A stretch of DNA of 64,000 bases from Octopus vulgaris (Eukaryota). Positions 39,737 to 53,354 of this stretch are shown here, in pieces. How positions within the stretch are numbered: position 1 is the first letter of the stretch; each line of letters begins with the position of its first letter. The stretch is taken from assembly GCA_951406725.2 (NCBI GenBank), contig OX597814.1:80352001-80416000 (forward strand), in the 5' to 3' direction. Position numbers and translations under genes: made by a program. The notes below the pieces were generated by a model. That model ran no database searches and was not told the DNA's origin. It worked only from the letters and a program-made list of their open reading frames with translations.

Positions 39737-42310
39737 CAGAGAGGAGCCAAATCATTCTCACATTATACCCTGTTGTCTTAAAAAGAGGAAATATATCTAG
39801 ATAAAGTCCAATATATATTATATCTTAAATATGGGTACCCTGTATAGTTACGTGCTGCCCTTTGGCAAGATATAACACTCGTTCAGCAACCTTGCCAAGG
39901 ATACGGCAGATACACGGGATTGCAGCATTGCAGATTGTGAAATGGTTGCAGAAGAGCTCAACTGAGTCAATGGTGCTTCTTACATTGATGCTGAGCAGAG
40001 GAAGCCTAGAAGATCAATAGTCAGGATCACCAAACTTTAGCAAGAGAGTAACTATAACGCATCCATAAGAGTGACATGCATGGTTGCGTAATCAGCTAAT
40101 GAAAAATACACTATGACTCAAGCTTACAATTCAAAAACATCACAACGGAATTGAATGGCGACAGCATGATGAGAATCCGTGAAAGCAGCGAAAAAAATAC
40201 AAAGACAGGATTGTCACGGCTTAAACATCTTTGATCACAGGTCTACTTAATCAGTATTGGCCAGGTTTAAAGTGAAACTACTCGTCTCCCAGTCAGGAAG
40301 CTTTCTACTTGGTCGGTCAACCTGCTACAATTAGCAACTAAATTTCACATGATTCACTCCCTACTCTCCTAGACTTGCTATGTGTAAAGGAAACAAGTTG
40401 GTCATAGCTGGAACGCTTTTTATAATAGATCTGTTCTGTCACAACTTACTTGCAGTTAAACACCAGCAGCAACAACGAAACAGAAACAACTGTTAACAAC
40501 AACAGTGACAGTAGTTCCACACTTTCTTTCGCACTTTTGCAAAATTAAAAGAAGCAAAAAATGAAAGAAAACCAAAAGAAGAAACTGATGATGTCTGAAT
40601 ATCAGAATTTCTAAAACCCAAAAAGATAGGAAAAATATCTAGTGCCATTTCGATGTAGGAAACAAAATGGCTTGCACTTCATGGTTGTAGCATCCAATTG
40701 ATTTAACAACTGTCCTTGGTCATGCTTGGCCGATACATTGATACAGCGATTACACAAGATTGGTTAAATGGATAAGGTGCTTACACCTATCTATTACATG
40801 ACACTGGCTAAAATCTACAGATTTTTTCTATAATACAGTATAGCAACTGATTTTATATGGCAATAAAAATAAAATAAATATGTTTTATAGAAAATACAAC
40901 AAAATACCAAACACACTTGCCTCTGGGTTTGTCTTAATCTCAAGAGGCAGGAACTTAATACGCAACCAATAAATGTTACCGATAAACACTTAGGCCATTT
41001 ATTCTTCACTTCAGTCGAAACGGTATCTCTTGAAAATTATACAAGACTAGACAGGAAAAACAACCAAACAAGATAAATTGCATAAAAATATCAGTTAAAG
41101 TGCTTGCCGATGGTTTTTTTGGGGCGGGTTTTACATTTGAGACTTGTCATTCTAAGAGCAAGTATTTATATATCTGTGTGAGTGTACTTGCAAAGTAAAA
41201 TCTACACACACACAAACACTTACATATATAAATTATATCTAGCATATATAGATACGTATTTTTTCGTGTGTGTGTGTACAAACACATACAAATACATATA
41301 TTCATATATATATACAGTGTGTACGTGTGTGGGTGTGGGTGTGCATGCGTGTGTGTTTGTTTGTGTGTGTGTGTGTGTGTGAGACTGTGTCTGTGTTGTA
41401 TAAATTCGTCTCCATACATACAAAATCTTTTTTAAATCTCAGATGTTTATAAGATAACCAAATTATTTACGAAACACAATATACATTGACTCTTAAAAAT
41501 ATTCGCAAAATAAACAATGCTATAAGGCTATATTTATTGTCTTTTTGTGTTATTTATTTATTTATTTTTACTGAAAATAATGAGTGTGTGTTGTGAAAGG
41601 AAGAGAAAGTAATATTCATGCGTTTCCCGAAACCATCATCTGCGTAAGAGAACGGAAATGAAACCGAGTCTCGGCATTAATCTTCCAATCTTTCAGTCGT
41701 TTCAGCGATCTGCTCCAAGTTAGCTACATAGAAGGCGTAGGTATGTTTTTATTGCACATGTTTAAATAAGTGACAAATAAGGATCTCCGTCGGTTTCGAC
41801 CATGAGTATTGAGTTGCTCGATCAGCAAAAACTCTCTGGTCATTGCTATTTGAATTAACTCGTAAGTGGCCGAATATTCCACAAAGAGATGTACTCTTAA
41901 GGTAGTCCTCTTGCATAATCAGCGTGGTACAGAGTGTAACGAGGTCAGTCTCTTGGATTACAGCTGCCAGAATGCTTCCGTCTGCCCAATTTCTCTTACA
42001 GCGCCAAAAGTGTTACACAACGGAATCAAACCCAGGAACAATTTAACTATTTGGCTCCATATTAATTTATTATGGCTGGATTATATTCCTGTACTACAAG
42101 AATGCGCAAGCGCATGCACACATACACACGCACACGCATGCATCTTAGAGCTCAAGCCGACAAGAAAGCCTCTAAGTAGTCGCTCAACATGCTAGAAAAA
42201 ACAAACAAATTCATTTCAAAGCGTCTTTAATATAAACGAATACTCTGAACAATATAGTCCTAAATATATATATATATATGTTAATACACACGCGCATATA
42301 TATATGTGTG

Positions 42311-42356
<46 letters not shown>

Positions 42357-42359
42357 AAC

Positions 42360-42722
42360 GTAGGCATGCTGTGTGGTAAGAAGCTTGCTTCCCAGTCACA
42401 TAGTTCCGGGTTCAGTACCCACTGCATGACACCCTTGGGTAACTGTCTTTTACTATAAAGAAGCCAGTCGTATATATATATATATATATATATATCATTA
42501 TGTGTATATATTTATGTGTGTGTGTGTGTGTGTGTCTGCCCGCCCCACATCGCTTGACAACCGATGTTGGTGTGTTTGCATCCCTATAACTTAGCAGTTC
42601 TGCTAAAGACCGATAGAATAAGCAATAGGTTTACAAAGAATAAACCCTGGGGCCCATTTCTTTGACTAAAACCACGTTAAAGTGATGCTTTAGCATGGCC
42701 GCAGTCAAATGACTGAAAAAGA
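42360..42722 (+). mobile_element. SINE family B (CORE-type, internal microsatellite)
   Basis: Head gctgtgtggtaagaagcttgcttccc..gggttcag, ccttgggtaact core, tail gcatggccgcagtcaaatgactgaaa. Confidence 0.8.
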
Positions 42723-42744
42723 ATATATATATATACATATATAA

Positions 42745-42819
<75 letters not shown>

Positions 42820-43298
42820 CAAAGCGTTGTTTTACATACATATATATATATACAAAGCGATATTGTGGTCATGGTTGGAATGCATTTGTACATAAATTTA
42901 CTTTATCAAGATTGACCTCGCTAAACAATGATGTGATGTTCACGACTGGATGACCGTAGCTACACAATTACTGAAAAGTAAAGGGCCACATGGTTGTGGC
43001 TTAACGCCTTTAATCTCACAAGTTCACTCGGTCAGAGTTGACGTGGGGTTAAATAACAACAACAGCAGCACTAACAAGAACAAAAAGGTTTTGCCTCTGA
43101 AGTTCAACGAGTGGTTACATATTAACAGCTTTCCAAGACGAAGTGCTGATTGGTCTATCGATTTAATTATAATCATAGCTAGCTTAAATAATTGGTTAGT
43201 CTTTCGAATAGCTGTGCAGACCACCATCTGACTGTAAACTTCTCTACCCTCTATTACCCCCTCTCTTTCTCTGTCTTTCTCGCTCTATTCCCCCTTCC

Positions 43299-43363
<65 letters not shown>

Positions 43364-43674
43364 CTTGATAACGACCCTTTTAGATGTGGCAAGTAGTGGA
43401 TTTTACAGGCAGTAATAAGAATTTAGTGGTTTCCAATTAAATTCTTCAATACTTTACGGATGCTAGTTAATTGAAATGAATTGAGTAATGTGCATAGTGC
43501 ATTAATTAATGCTGTAATTTGATATAGAAGGAATCGAGTAAAATTGGAAGTATTTGTAAAATTATACTGTTGAACCCGATATCGTTTTTATCGCCTGTCC
43601 CGCTATAATCTCTATCTTTATATCTCTCTCTCTCTCTTTCTCTCACTCATTCTTTGTGTGTGTGTGTGTGTGTG

Positions 43675-43729
<55 letters not shown>

Positions 43730-43731
<2 letters not shown>

Positions 43732-44130
43732 AGGCGCAGGAGTGGCTGTGTAGTAAGTAGCTTGTTTACCAACCACATAGTTCCGGGTTCAGTCCCACTA
43801 CGTGGCACTTGAGCAAGTGTCATCTACTATAGCCTCGGGCCGACCAGAGCCTTGAGAGTGTATTTGGTAGACGGAAACTGAAAGAAGCCCGTCATATATA
43901 TCTATGTGTATATATGTGTGTGTATGTGTTTGTGTGTCTGTGCTTGTCCCCCCGCAACATCGCTTGACAACCGATGGTAGTGTGTTTACATCCCCGTAAA
44001 TTAGCGGTTCGGCAAAAGAGATCGATAGAATAAGTACTAGGCTTACAAAGAATAAGTCCTGGGGTCGATTTGCTCGACTAAATGCGGTACTCCAGCATGG
44101 CCGCAATCAAATGACTGAAACAAGTAAAAA
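43730..44130 (+). mobile_element. Full-length SINE family B
   Basis: Runs from gtaggcgcaggagtggctgtgtagtaagtagc to aaatgactgaaacaagtaaaa. Confidence 0.88.
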
Positions 44131-44195
<65 letters not shown>

Positions 44196-44198
<3 letters not shown>

Positions 44199-44607
44199 CT
44201 TTTACTTGTTTCAGTCATTTGACTGAGGCCATGCCGGAGCACCGCCTTTAGTCGAGCAACTCGACCCGGGACTTATTCTTTTGTAAGCCCAGTACTTATT
44301 CTATCGGTCTCTTTTGCCGAACCGCTAGGTAACGGGGACATAAACACACCAGCATCGGTTGTCAAGCAATGCTAGGGGGACAAACACAGACACACAAACA
44401 CACACACGCATATATACACATATATACGACGGGCTTCTTTCAGTTTCCGTCTACCAAATCCACTCACAAGGCTTTGGTCGGCCCGAGGCTATAGTAGAAG
44501 ACACTTGCCCAAGGTGCCACGCAGTGGGACCGAACCCGGAACCATGTGGTTGGTAAACAAGCTACTTACCACACAGTCGCTTCTGCGCCTATATAGCCAC
44601 TCCTGCG

Positions 44608-44611
<4 letters not shown>
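44196..44611 (-). mobile_element. Full-length SINE family B, inverted relative to 43730-44130
   Basis: Reverse complement of the same consensus, tail-to-tail across a (TA)n run. Confidence 0.88.
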
Positions 44612-44652
<41 letters not shown>

Positions 44653-44987
44653 CAGCACGACATCGTGAAGTATATATATATATATATATATACTTCACGA
44701 TGTCGTGCTGTTACTGTTTACATCTCGCTCAGAGATTTATTATTGCTTGTTTCTCTTTTTTCGAGATCAGCGACGGTTTGTCACTGGAAAAAGCATATAG
44801 TATTTTGCGTTCGGAATCACTTCTCATCCCGAGCCGGTGATTGTCACTCTACTGAAATTGTTGTGTTTTGATTTCGCTTCCATGTGAGTTGTTGCTTTGT
44901 CTAACTGAATTACTGAATTGTTGAAATTGTGATTGTTGAATATATAATTTATTGAAGTCGTTGAAAGTTTTGTTTGGCTTCCCCATT

Positions 44988-45558
44988 ATGGGTGAAGCAG
45001 TGAATAGCGGAAGTATGCAGACCCAGAAAGGCAGTTGTGCTGCGGTAACATGCAAGAGCTTGACAGCGGAGCTACTGCAAATACGGGAGCTGGAGGTGAA
45101 AAATATAGATTATAAGAAGTTTGACAACCTATTGAAAAGGGAAGGAGGATGTCTGAGATTGACACCCCCCGCCCAAGAAGTGGCAGAAACTTTCGAAAGA
45201 AAAATAATAACCTATCGAACGGTGAACGTGGCGACACGGAAAATAGAAACAGCAGCCGTGGAAGAAATAGAGAAGTGTTTGAAAGACGTTATGGAAGTGA
45301 CGACTTTCTATAATAGAGGAAGAAAATTTGGCACGGTGGAGGTACGCTTCGTTAATGAGAACGGAGCAAAGAAGTACTCTACCGTGGCCTTGAAATCGGC
45401 ATTGTGGGCACTCTTGCCGCCTTACTGTGACAGAGGCGCAGCCAGAGTGAGAATAGGGAGAGTGCCACCCGAAATTAACGAGGACTGGCTTGTGGCAGCC
45501 ATCTTCTACAATACAGAGGAGAGGGTGGAAATGTTAAAAATGTCCAAGACAGCGGAGG
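44988..45558 (+). pseudogene. Probable LINE ORF1 (L1/Tx1-like) N-terminal part, truncated by a CA-rich repeat
   Basis: About 190 stop-free non-repetitive codons with RRM-like GTVEVRF and RVRIGRVPPEINEDWL segments. The family assignment is by resemblance only. Confidence 0.55.
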
Positions 45559-45716
45559 TACGCACAACTACACGCACATACACACACAGACACACGCACA
45601 CACACATGCATGCGCACGCACAGGTACGCACATATACCTCCACACAAACAACCACACGTATACACACACACATACACACATACACACATACACACACGTG
45701 CAGACACGCACACATA

Positions 45717-45752
<36 letters not shown>

Positions 45753-45859
45753 CACATAAACACACGCACCACACACACAACCTCACGTACACACACACAC
45801 ACATATATATGCATATACACACATACGCACACACGCATATACACACGCACACACATACA

Positions 45860-47430
45860 CTGAACTACTATCCTATCTATCCTATTAATAGACTAAACGC
45901 GTTGTTAAAAATCTTAAAGAATGAAAACATAAGTTCTTACGAAAAAGAGAATGAATAAAGTTTTAAGCATGGAGATTGGAGTTTCAAAAGAACAGATACA
46001 GGTAGTCCAGTTTAAAGACTCAGGTAGTGGTGTTCCAACGGCCGTTTCAGGAGGTACAGTAATCTATAGATTTGAAGATATTCCAATCCAAATATTAGAT
46101 ACTGCCTCTTTCGTCATGGAGAATACACTATTTAGGATTCACATTTCATACAGTGTTACAATGACCAAATGAGTTTTGATTTTATAGAGAAGTATATATA
46201 TTAACAGGAAGAGAAAATGTTATAGCAGGAACTGTGAGAAGTGGAATTTAGAAAATATTGTAGATTATAAGCGGGTAATTATTGATTAAGGTGAAGTTGC
46301 AGGGTGGCATGAATATAAATATTAGGTGGAATGTAGTTAATTATAAAATTGAATGATCAATGTATTCTGATTATTCTAAATATTTAAATGTTGAACGGTA
46401 TCTATAGTTACAAGAATACATACCGAGGACTAATTTAATAATGTAGAGTCATATTGACGGAGAATATTCATAGACTCTTTAATACATAATTTACATACAC
46501 GCGTAATTTTATTGTACGGAGGGGATTCTGCTATTATAGACCAAGACAATAAATATTGTATATTCTTTAGCTTAATTTCGTGTATATATGTGGCTAACGT
46601 TGAAGAGAATTTATATTTTAAGTTAGTGAAAGAATTCAAGTGGGCCCTGTGGTGACGTTTAAAATTAATTGTACTTCCTATGTAAACTCTTACCCTCTGT
46701 GTGGCAAAGGGTATTCACAGAACACGTAGAAACTATATTTCTGCGTAAACAAGATCCGGCAAGATTCGGGATGCGACAATTACATGTTTTTCTTCCCGCA
46801 TTAGCATTAATATTCTGATTTATTGGGGTCAAATCAGCCTCAACCGGCAGGGGTGGCCTGGCTTTATATTTTCATTAGAATTAGTGTCAGTTTTGAATTA
46901 TGGGTTCCAATATAAGGATTTGGGCGGGTAGATTTCTTAAATCTAAGTTTGGATCTATTATTGGAAGCTATAATCGATCCTAAGTTCGGCGTAGAAGAGT
47001 GCCGCAGTTTCACATAGGATTTGTTGAAGATAGGATAGCATTTATGATGCTTTGGGAAAATTTCGTTTAAGATTTTAGAGAATAATTTCGGTAACGATTT
47101 AACTTGAACAGAGAAGGGTGAGGCAAACCATATAATGTTCATAACAACTCTAAGGAAATCAATAGCATGGATTACATCCTTGTTCAATCTGATAAAACGG
47201 GAAACCTCTATAAGTTCACCAAGAGCTACTATTTAGAACTGCTGGAAAAGGAAATTCATAAAAACTACAAGATCACCGGTATGAATACACTCAGGCAGGC
47301 TAACCTAGAAGCTAAAAGAATTATGGAATCCTATGGATTACAGATGAAGACAGAACCATTGAATCCCAGGCAATAATTTCGGTAACAATTTAACTTGAAC
47401 AGAGAAGGGTGAGGCGAACCACATGATTTC
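45860..47430 (-). mobile_element. Penelope-like element 3' fragment (RT thumb/linker and GIY-YIG) with an inverted RT piece at 47167-47370
   Basis: NIIWFASPFS..FPKHHKCYPIFN..PNLGSIIASNN, RVYIGST and CKLCIKE. The plus strand has SDKTGNLY (PLE DK motif). Confidence 0.8.
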
Positions 47431-48280
47431 CCGTTTCAGATTCTAATAGTTGGGAAATAAGCTTCTTACCACACAGCCATGCCTGTACCGATTTTTTTTT
47501 TCTTTTTGCAAGGGAAGATTTATCTCTCATTCTCATAACTGATCGACAACGGATATCTAAAAACATGCACACCCGCCTTATGGATTCTCGATTATTCCTA
47601 TTCGCCAAAAGAAATGCTTTGAACCGGGGAAGATAATAAATCTGCATACAATCCCACACAGGGCAGTTAGATGCTCAGAGGCCCCATGGGTCTAGGGGAC
47701 TCAGTTTTAATGTATGCCTGTTGTGGCCTGCTGTCAACAAATAAATTCTATAGCGTCACATGCATTGATTTGCCCTTGGGGCCTAAAATGCTGCTAAAAC
47801 AGTCCAGTATGCTATGTTAAGAATAAATCTATCACGGTATGAAATGAACACCTAGATATAGTAAAAACACAAAGCAGGAACATGGGTGATTCCAGCGTTC
47901 AACTGCCAATACATTATCTCAGCCGCCCCTTTTATAACAATACACGTATTAATTTAGCTGTGTTTGTGGGTTGTATAGTTAGAACGGAAGATGCAATTTA
48001 CTTTCCTCTTGTAAAACAATACATATGTTATAGTTTACATGTATGTTTGTATGTATTTACAAACTAAATACAGAAAAATAAATAAATAAAAAATTATGGG
48101 CGTGCACGTACATAGATGTACGAGTATACATTCATACGTATGTAGAAGAAATACGAGAGTGATTGGTGCCTGCTAGTCTCAGATTTAGTTGAGATCTAGT
48201 GGAGGTCACATTTCAAACCGACCCACCTCCCTCAACAATACGAATCCAAATTTTAAAAAAAAGCCAGAAATCAAATGATG

Positions 48281-48357
<77 letters not shown>

Positions 48358-48427
48358 CGAGAAGCAACTTTAAAGTTCAATATATCGAATAATTTCTTTT
48401 AATTGTTGCTTTTGGTGTAATTTGTTA

Positions 48428-48458
<31 letters not shown>

Positions 48459-48884
48459 CGACGACGATGATGACGACGACGACGACTGTGGTGGTGGTGG
48501 GTTGGTATTAGTGGTTGGTGGAAGAGTCGGTCGACACATCGCGCAAACTGAGCTGAACTGGTAGCAACGGCGGTGGGAATTAAGCGAAATCCGAGTGGTT
48601 ATAATTACTGTCTAAGTTGACAGTTAAGGTTTCAGGAGACAATCGACTTGAAGATCCCAATTTCCTATGTGTGTGTGTATGTACGTGTGTAAGTATGTAT
48701 GTATATATGCGAAAGTATGTATGTTTGTATGTACGTATGTATGTATGCATATATGTATGTATCTGTAAGTATGTATGTGTCTGTATGTATGCCTGCCTGC
48801 ATGCATGTATGTATGCGTGTATGTATGTACGTACGTACGTATGTATGTATGTATGTATGTATGTATGTATGTATGTATGTATGT

Positions 48885-49020
48885 ATATATAAGTATGTAA
48901 GCATGCATGTACGTATATATAAGTATGTAAGCATGCATGTATTTATATATAAGTATGTAAGCATGCATGTATATATATATATAGGTATGTAAGCATGCAT
49001 GTATGTATATATAAGTATGC
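48885..49020. repeat. ~28-bp minisatellite (tatatataagtatgtaagcatgcatgta)
   Basis: Four to five tandem units are visible. Confidence 0.8.
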
Positions 49021-49399
49021 GTGTGTCTGTTATATGTTCATGTATGTTTATCATATCAAAAAGTTGACAGTCTACACTGGGCCTTGCTGTGAGTTAGACT
49101 GATCAAGACTATCGTTAATAACCCAGCACGGGGCAAAACGCAGAATAGAAAATCTGTAGTATATCAGCTCTTGGTACAATTAAACATATGTATCTACTCT
49201 TCCCATGTATTGAGTTCTATATCAGATAACATTTGAACTGTATAAAATATGATTTTAATTGACTTTACAAATCTTACATTACGATGTACGCATATGGATG
49301 TATACCAATATCGTAATATAAGTATTGTAAAGTATATATTGAGCAATGTATAAATAAATATATGCGTATGCGTATATATATATATACATATATGTATAT

Positions 49400-49484
<85 letters not shown>

Positions 49485-49507
49485 ATATATATATATATAT
49501 ATTATGA

Positions 49508-49639
49508 TATGTAGAAAAATACAAACTGAGACAAGAACGCATAAAAACTTAGAAGACGATACAACAAACACAGACAGGACATTCGAAGCCCTCAGTCTTC
49601 AGTCAAGAACCGGATCATCGTAGTAATTTCGGCTGATTA
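49508..49639 (-). mobile_element. 5'-truncated copy of the rearranged-hammerhead element
   Basis: Minus strand taatCAGCC-GAA-attact..TCTTGA-CTGAAGA..cttcgaatgtcc, flanked by (TA)n on both sides. Confidence 0.8.
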
Positions 49640-49669
49640 TATATATATATATACATCAGGAGTGGTATA

Positions 49670-50268
49670 AGTGTAGGAGTAGCTGTGTGGTAAGAAGCTT
49701 GCTTCCCAACCAAATGGTTTCGAGTGCAGACCCACTGTGTGTCATATTGGGCAAGTGCCTTTTACTATAGCCTAGGGCCGACCAAAGCTTTGTGAGTGGA
49801 TTTGGTGCGCGGAAACTGAAAAAAACCCGTCTTGTGTGTGTGTGTGTGTGTGTGCGTGTGTGTATGTGTGTGTGTGTGCGTGTGTGTATGTGTGTGTGTG
49901 TGCGCGCGCACGTGTGTGTGTGTGCGCGCGCACGTGTGTGTGTGTGCGCGCGCACGTGTGTGTGTTTGTGTGTGTGTGTGTGTTTGTGTGTGTGTGTCTG
50001 TGTGTCTGAGTGTGTGTGTGTGTGTCTGTGTGTCTGTGTGTGTGTACGTATGTATTTGTGTGTCAGTGTTTCTCTCCCCACCATTGCTTGACAACCGATT
50101 TTGGAGCGTTTACATCCACGTAACTTAGCTGTTTGGCAAAAGAAGCCGATAGAATAAGTACTGGGCTTACAAAAAATAAGTCCTGGTGTTGATTTGCTTG
50201 ACTAAAGGCAGTGCTCCAGCATGGCCGCACTCAAATGACTGAAACAAATAAAAGAATAAAAGAATAAG
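49670..50268 (+). mobile_element. SINE family B with expanded internal (TG)n
   Basis: Family B head, core and tail. Confidence 0.85.
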
Positions 50269-50289
50269 ATATATATATATGTGTGTGTA

Positions 50290-53115
50290 TGTGTGTGTGT
50301 GTGTGTGTAATCAATTCGAAAACACAGAGGAAAAGCAAAAACAAACAAATGATTTGACGTGACACAAGCAACAAGCAATGTAATAATAAGATGCTCAGAG
50401 AAAGAAAAGAGTAGAAGTTTTACATTTAGAGCATAGCTCTACTTCGGAAACAAGAAGAAATAGGAAAATCAAAGACGAAGGAGGAAAAACATTCGCCAAC
50501 AATCACGTAAGTGACCGAAATTAGGAATGAAGAGAAAATGCTTTCTGAAACAGGAGAGTGTGAAAATGGTCGGTATGCATGAGCGCGTGTGTAGGTGGTA
50601 GCGTGTAGTAGCGTGTGGTGTGTGTGGTAGCGTATGTATTTCTGGTACTGTGTGTGGCAGTAACTGCCAGTGTGCGCAGTAACTGCGTGTGTGCGTATTG
50701 TGGTAACTGTGTGTGTGTGTGTGTGCAAATGTGGTGCGTGTGTATATAGTAGCGTGTATGTGTAAAGTATTAACTGTGTGTGTGCGTAGTGTCTGTGTGT
50801 GTGCGTAGTGTCTGTGTGTGTGCGTAGTGTCTGTGTGTGTGCGTGTAGGATCTGTGTGCATGTGTGTGTGTGTTAATGTTGTTCTGAGAGATCAGCAACT
50901 ATAGTGACAGGTGCGTGAATGGGTGGGTGTGGCAGTGCGTGTGTGTGAGTGTTTGCGCGTGTGCATAGATGGAAGGGTCAATAGTGGGTCAGAGGCAGCC
51001 AGAAGAGGGTGTGAGAATAGGTGGATATGGCTGTAGTGGGGTAAGAAGGAGTGTGTGGGGATGCATTGGTATAACCAAGTTTGGGGGTATTGTGGGTGCA
51101 GGCGTGTGTGTGAATGTGTGTATGTGCGTGTGCATGTCTGTGTGTGCGTGTGTGAGAGTGCGCGTGCGTGTGTGAAGGTGCGCGTGCGTATGTGTGCATG
51201 TGTATGTGTGTGTGTTGTGTGGTGTGTATGTACGTGTGTGTGAGTGTGTGTGGTGTGTGGTGTGTATGTACGTGTGTGCGTGTGTGTGAGTATGTATGGT
51301 GTGTGTGGTGTGTGGTACAAGAATATAAAGAGTAAGAAATGATACGAATAAACACTGAAAAATACAATTTACGAAAAGCAGAAATAATACAATACATAAT
51401 AAAATTAACAAATAATAATAAAAAATAATAAAAACTGAAAAATGAAAATTACTAATAATAAAAATGAAAAGGATTAAGTGAATAAATCAGTATTAGAAAG
51501 GAATTCGGTAACAGAAATAGGATCAGTAACAAATAAAAATTATTAAAAATTATTAGAAAATGTTTTTAGATTATTCAATTATTATTAAAAAATTATTTTA
51601 AAATTATTTTGAAAATTATGAAAAATAATAAAGCAAAAATATAGGAATAGAAAATGAATAAAAAAGGGGATAAAAAGAGTGAATAAAAATATTTTAAAAA
51701 GTATAGTATGTGGGGAAAGTCACTGAGAGGAGGGGATTGTGTTGAGTCTGAAACAAGTTTAGCTACGTAGGAAGAAAATGTAACGCTGTTGCAGGTGGAG
51801 TCTAGAGTTGGTAGATCCACGGTGTAGGGCAAAGCCGAAGACGGTGATATCTGAGGTAGAGTGGTCGGCCAAGAGAAACTGACTTGCGATAGCGGTGTTC
51901 TTTCGTAAACGAACATCTCGTAGGTGTTTGGTGAATCTGTCGGATAGCTAGCGGCCCGTCTGACCAACGTAAAGTTGTAATAAATGATGCAGTAAATGAG
52001 GCTTGAAGAAGTGAAGGAGGAGTTCCTAATGTAGATGTGTGCTGGTTGGATCCAGCAAGGGAGGTGGTGTGGATGATGAAAGGTGTGGCAACGGGGCCTG
52101 GAGCAAGGAAAGTATCCGGCTTGGGTTGGAATGGAGGGTGAAGGGAACTACGAATCAGTAGATTGCGTAGGTTACAGGCGCATTTGAAGGAGGGAAAGGG
52201 TAGGTTGGAGAAAATAGGGGTAGGATCTTGCTGGAGGCCCGCATGATCTTCCGACGAAGTGATAGGTTGGAGGGTGGAAAAGGAGGGGAAAGGGAATGCG
52301 GTTGAGGATCAGTGTGAGGAAGGAGAGGGTGGTAGTGCAATCGATTAGACGAGCACGGGTAAGGGTAGTTTGGACAAAGATGGAATGGTATCCGCAACGC
52401 ATGAAGAAGAGGGCCAGGTATTGGGACTGAGTTTCGAAATTCTGGTCCCGGCTGCAAAGGTGTCGGAGGCGGAGGAACTGGGAGTAGGGGATGGCCCATT
52501 TGATGTGGGAAGGATAGGAGGAGGAATAAGTTGAAGTAGTGGTGCGAGTATGTGGGTTTAAATAAGGCGGAGGTGGTGAGAGAGTGTGAGAGGAGCGCAA
52601 TAGAGAGAGAGATATCGAGGAAGTTTATGGAAGTAGCAAAGATGGTAGAAGTGAATTGGAGAAAAGGGTTGAAGTTAGAAACGAAAGAGATGAAATTGGA
52701 GAATTGTTCGCGGGAGAGGGAGGTAGCACATATAGAGTCGTCTATATAGCAACCGTATAGTTCTGAAGTCGGTCCGGGGAACTGTGAGAATCTTGGGCCT
52801 CACCGTAACCAACAAATAAGTTGGCAAAATTGGGGTTTATTCTCGTTCCCATAGCGACGCCAGATCTGGTAAATCTCTTTTGCGAACGTAAAGCAATTGA
52901 GGGTGGGAACGAGTCCTGCTGGGTTGAGAAGGGTGGAGGTGATGGGCGTGGGTTAGGGGCGAAGGTTGAGGAAGTATTGGAGGGCTAGGAGGCCGTCATT
53001 GTAGGGGATCACTGTGTACACGAATTTTATGTCCATGGTGAAAAGGAGGCACTAAGGGAAGGAGAAGAATTAAAGAGGTGAAGGACGTGATTAGTGTCAT
53101 GGATATGAGACGGAA
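50290..53115 (-). mobile_element. 5'-truncated Penelope-like retroelement (RT and GIY-YIG, low-complexity 3' region, pLTR)
   Basis: FTMDIKFVYTVIP, GVAMGTR..PNFANLFVG, YIDD, NFLDI, AIPYSQFLRLRHLCS and SSLIYCI. A degenerate minimal hammerhead lies at ~50416-50450. Confidence 0.88.
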
Positions 53116-53354
53116 GGTCGAGACATTTGGAGATATATTACTTGTTTCAGTCATTTCAGCCATGCTGGGGTGCCATTACTTATTTTTTAAGGTTGGTACT
53201 TATTCTTTAAGTTTCTTTTGCCGAACTTCTACGTTATGGGAACGTAAACATACCAACATTGGCTGTCAAGTAGTGGTGGGGATGAGCACAAACTCAAAGA
53301 CATACACAGATATACAAACACAGACAGATACACACACACATACACACACACAGA

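Noticed and set aside
44952-45863. 303-aa ORF as a host gene
   Set aside because: The C-terminal third is a CA-rich microsatellite, and the unique part looks like a LINE ORF1 fragment.
46030-46075. GAAACGGCCGTT palindrome on the minus strand downstream of the 46-47 kb PLE, like a hammerhead stem III
   Set aside because: No recognisable CUGANGA at the right distance; at best a decayed relic.
48480-48665. CpG-containing unique stretch as a possible promoter or first exon
   Set aside because: No diagnostic motif, ORF or clear splice donor supports it from sequence alone.
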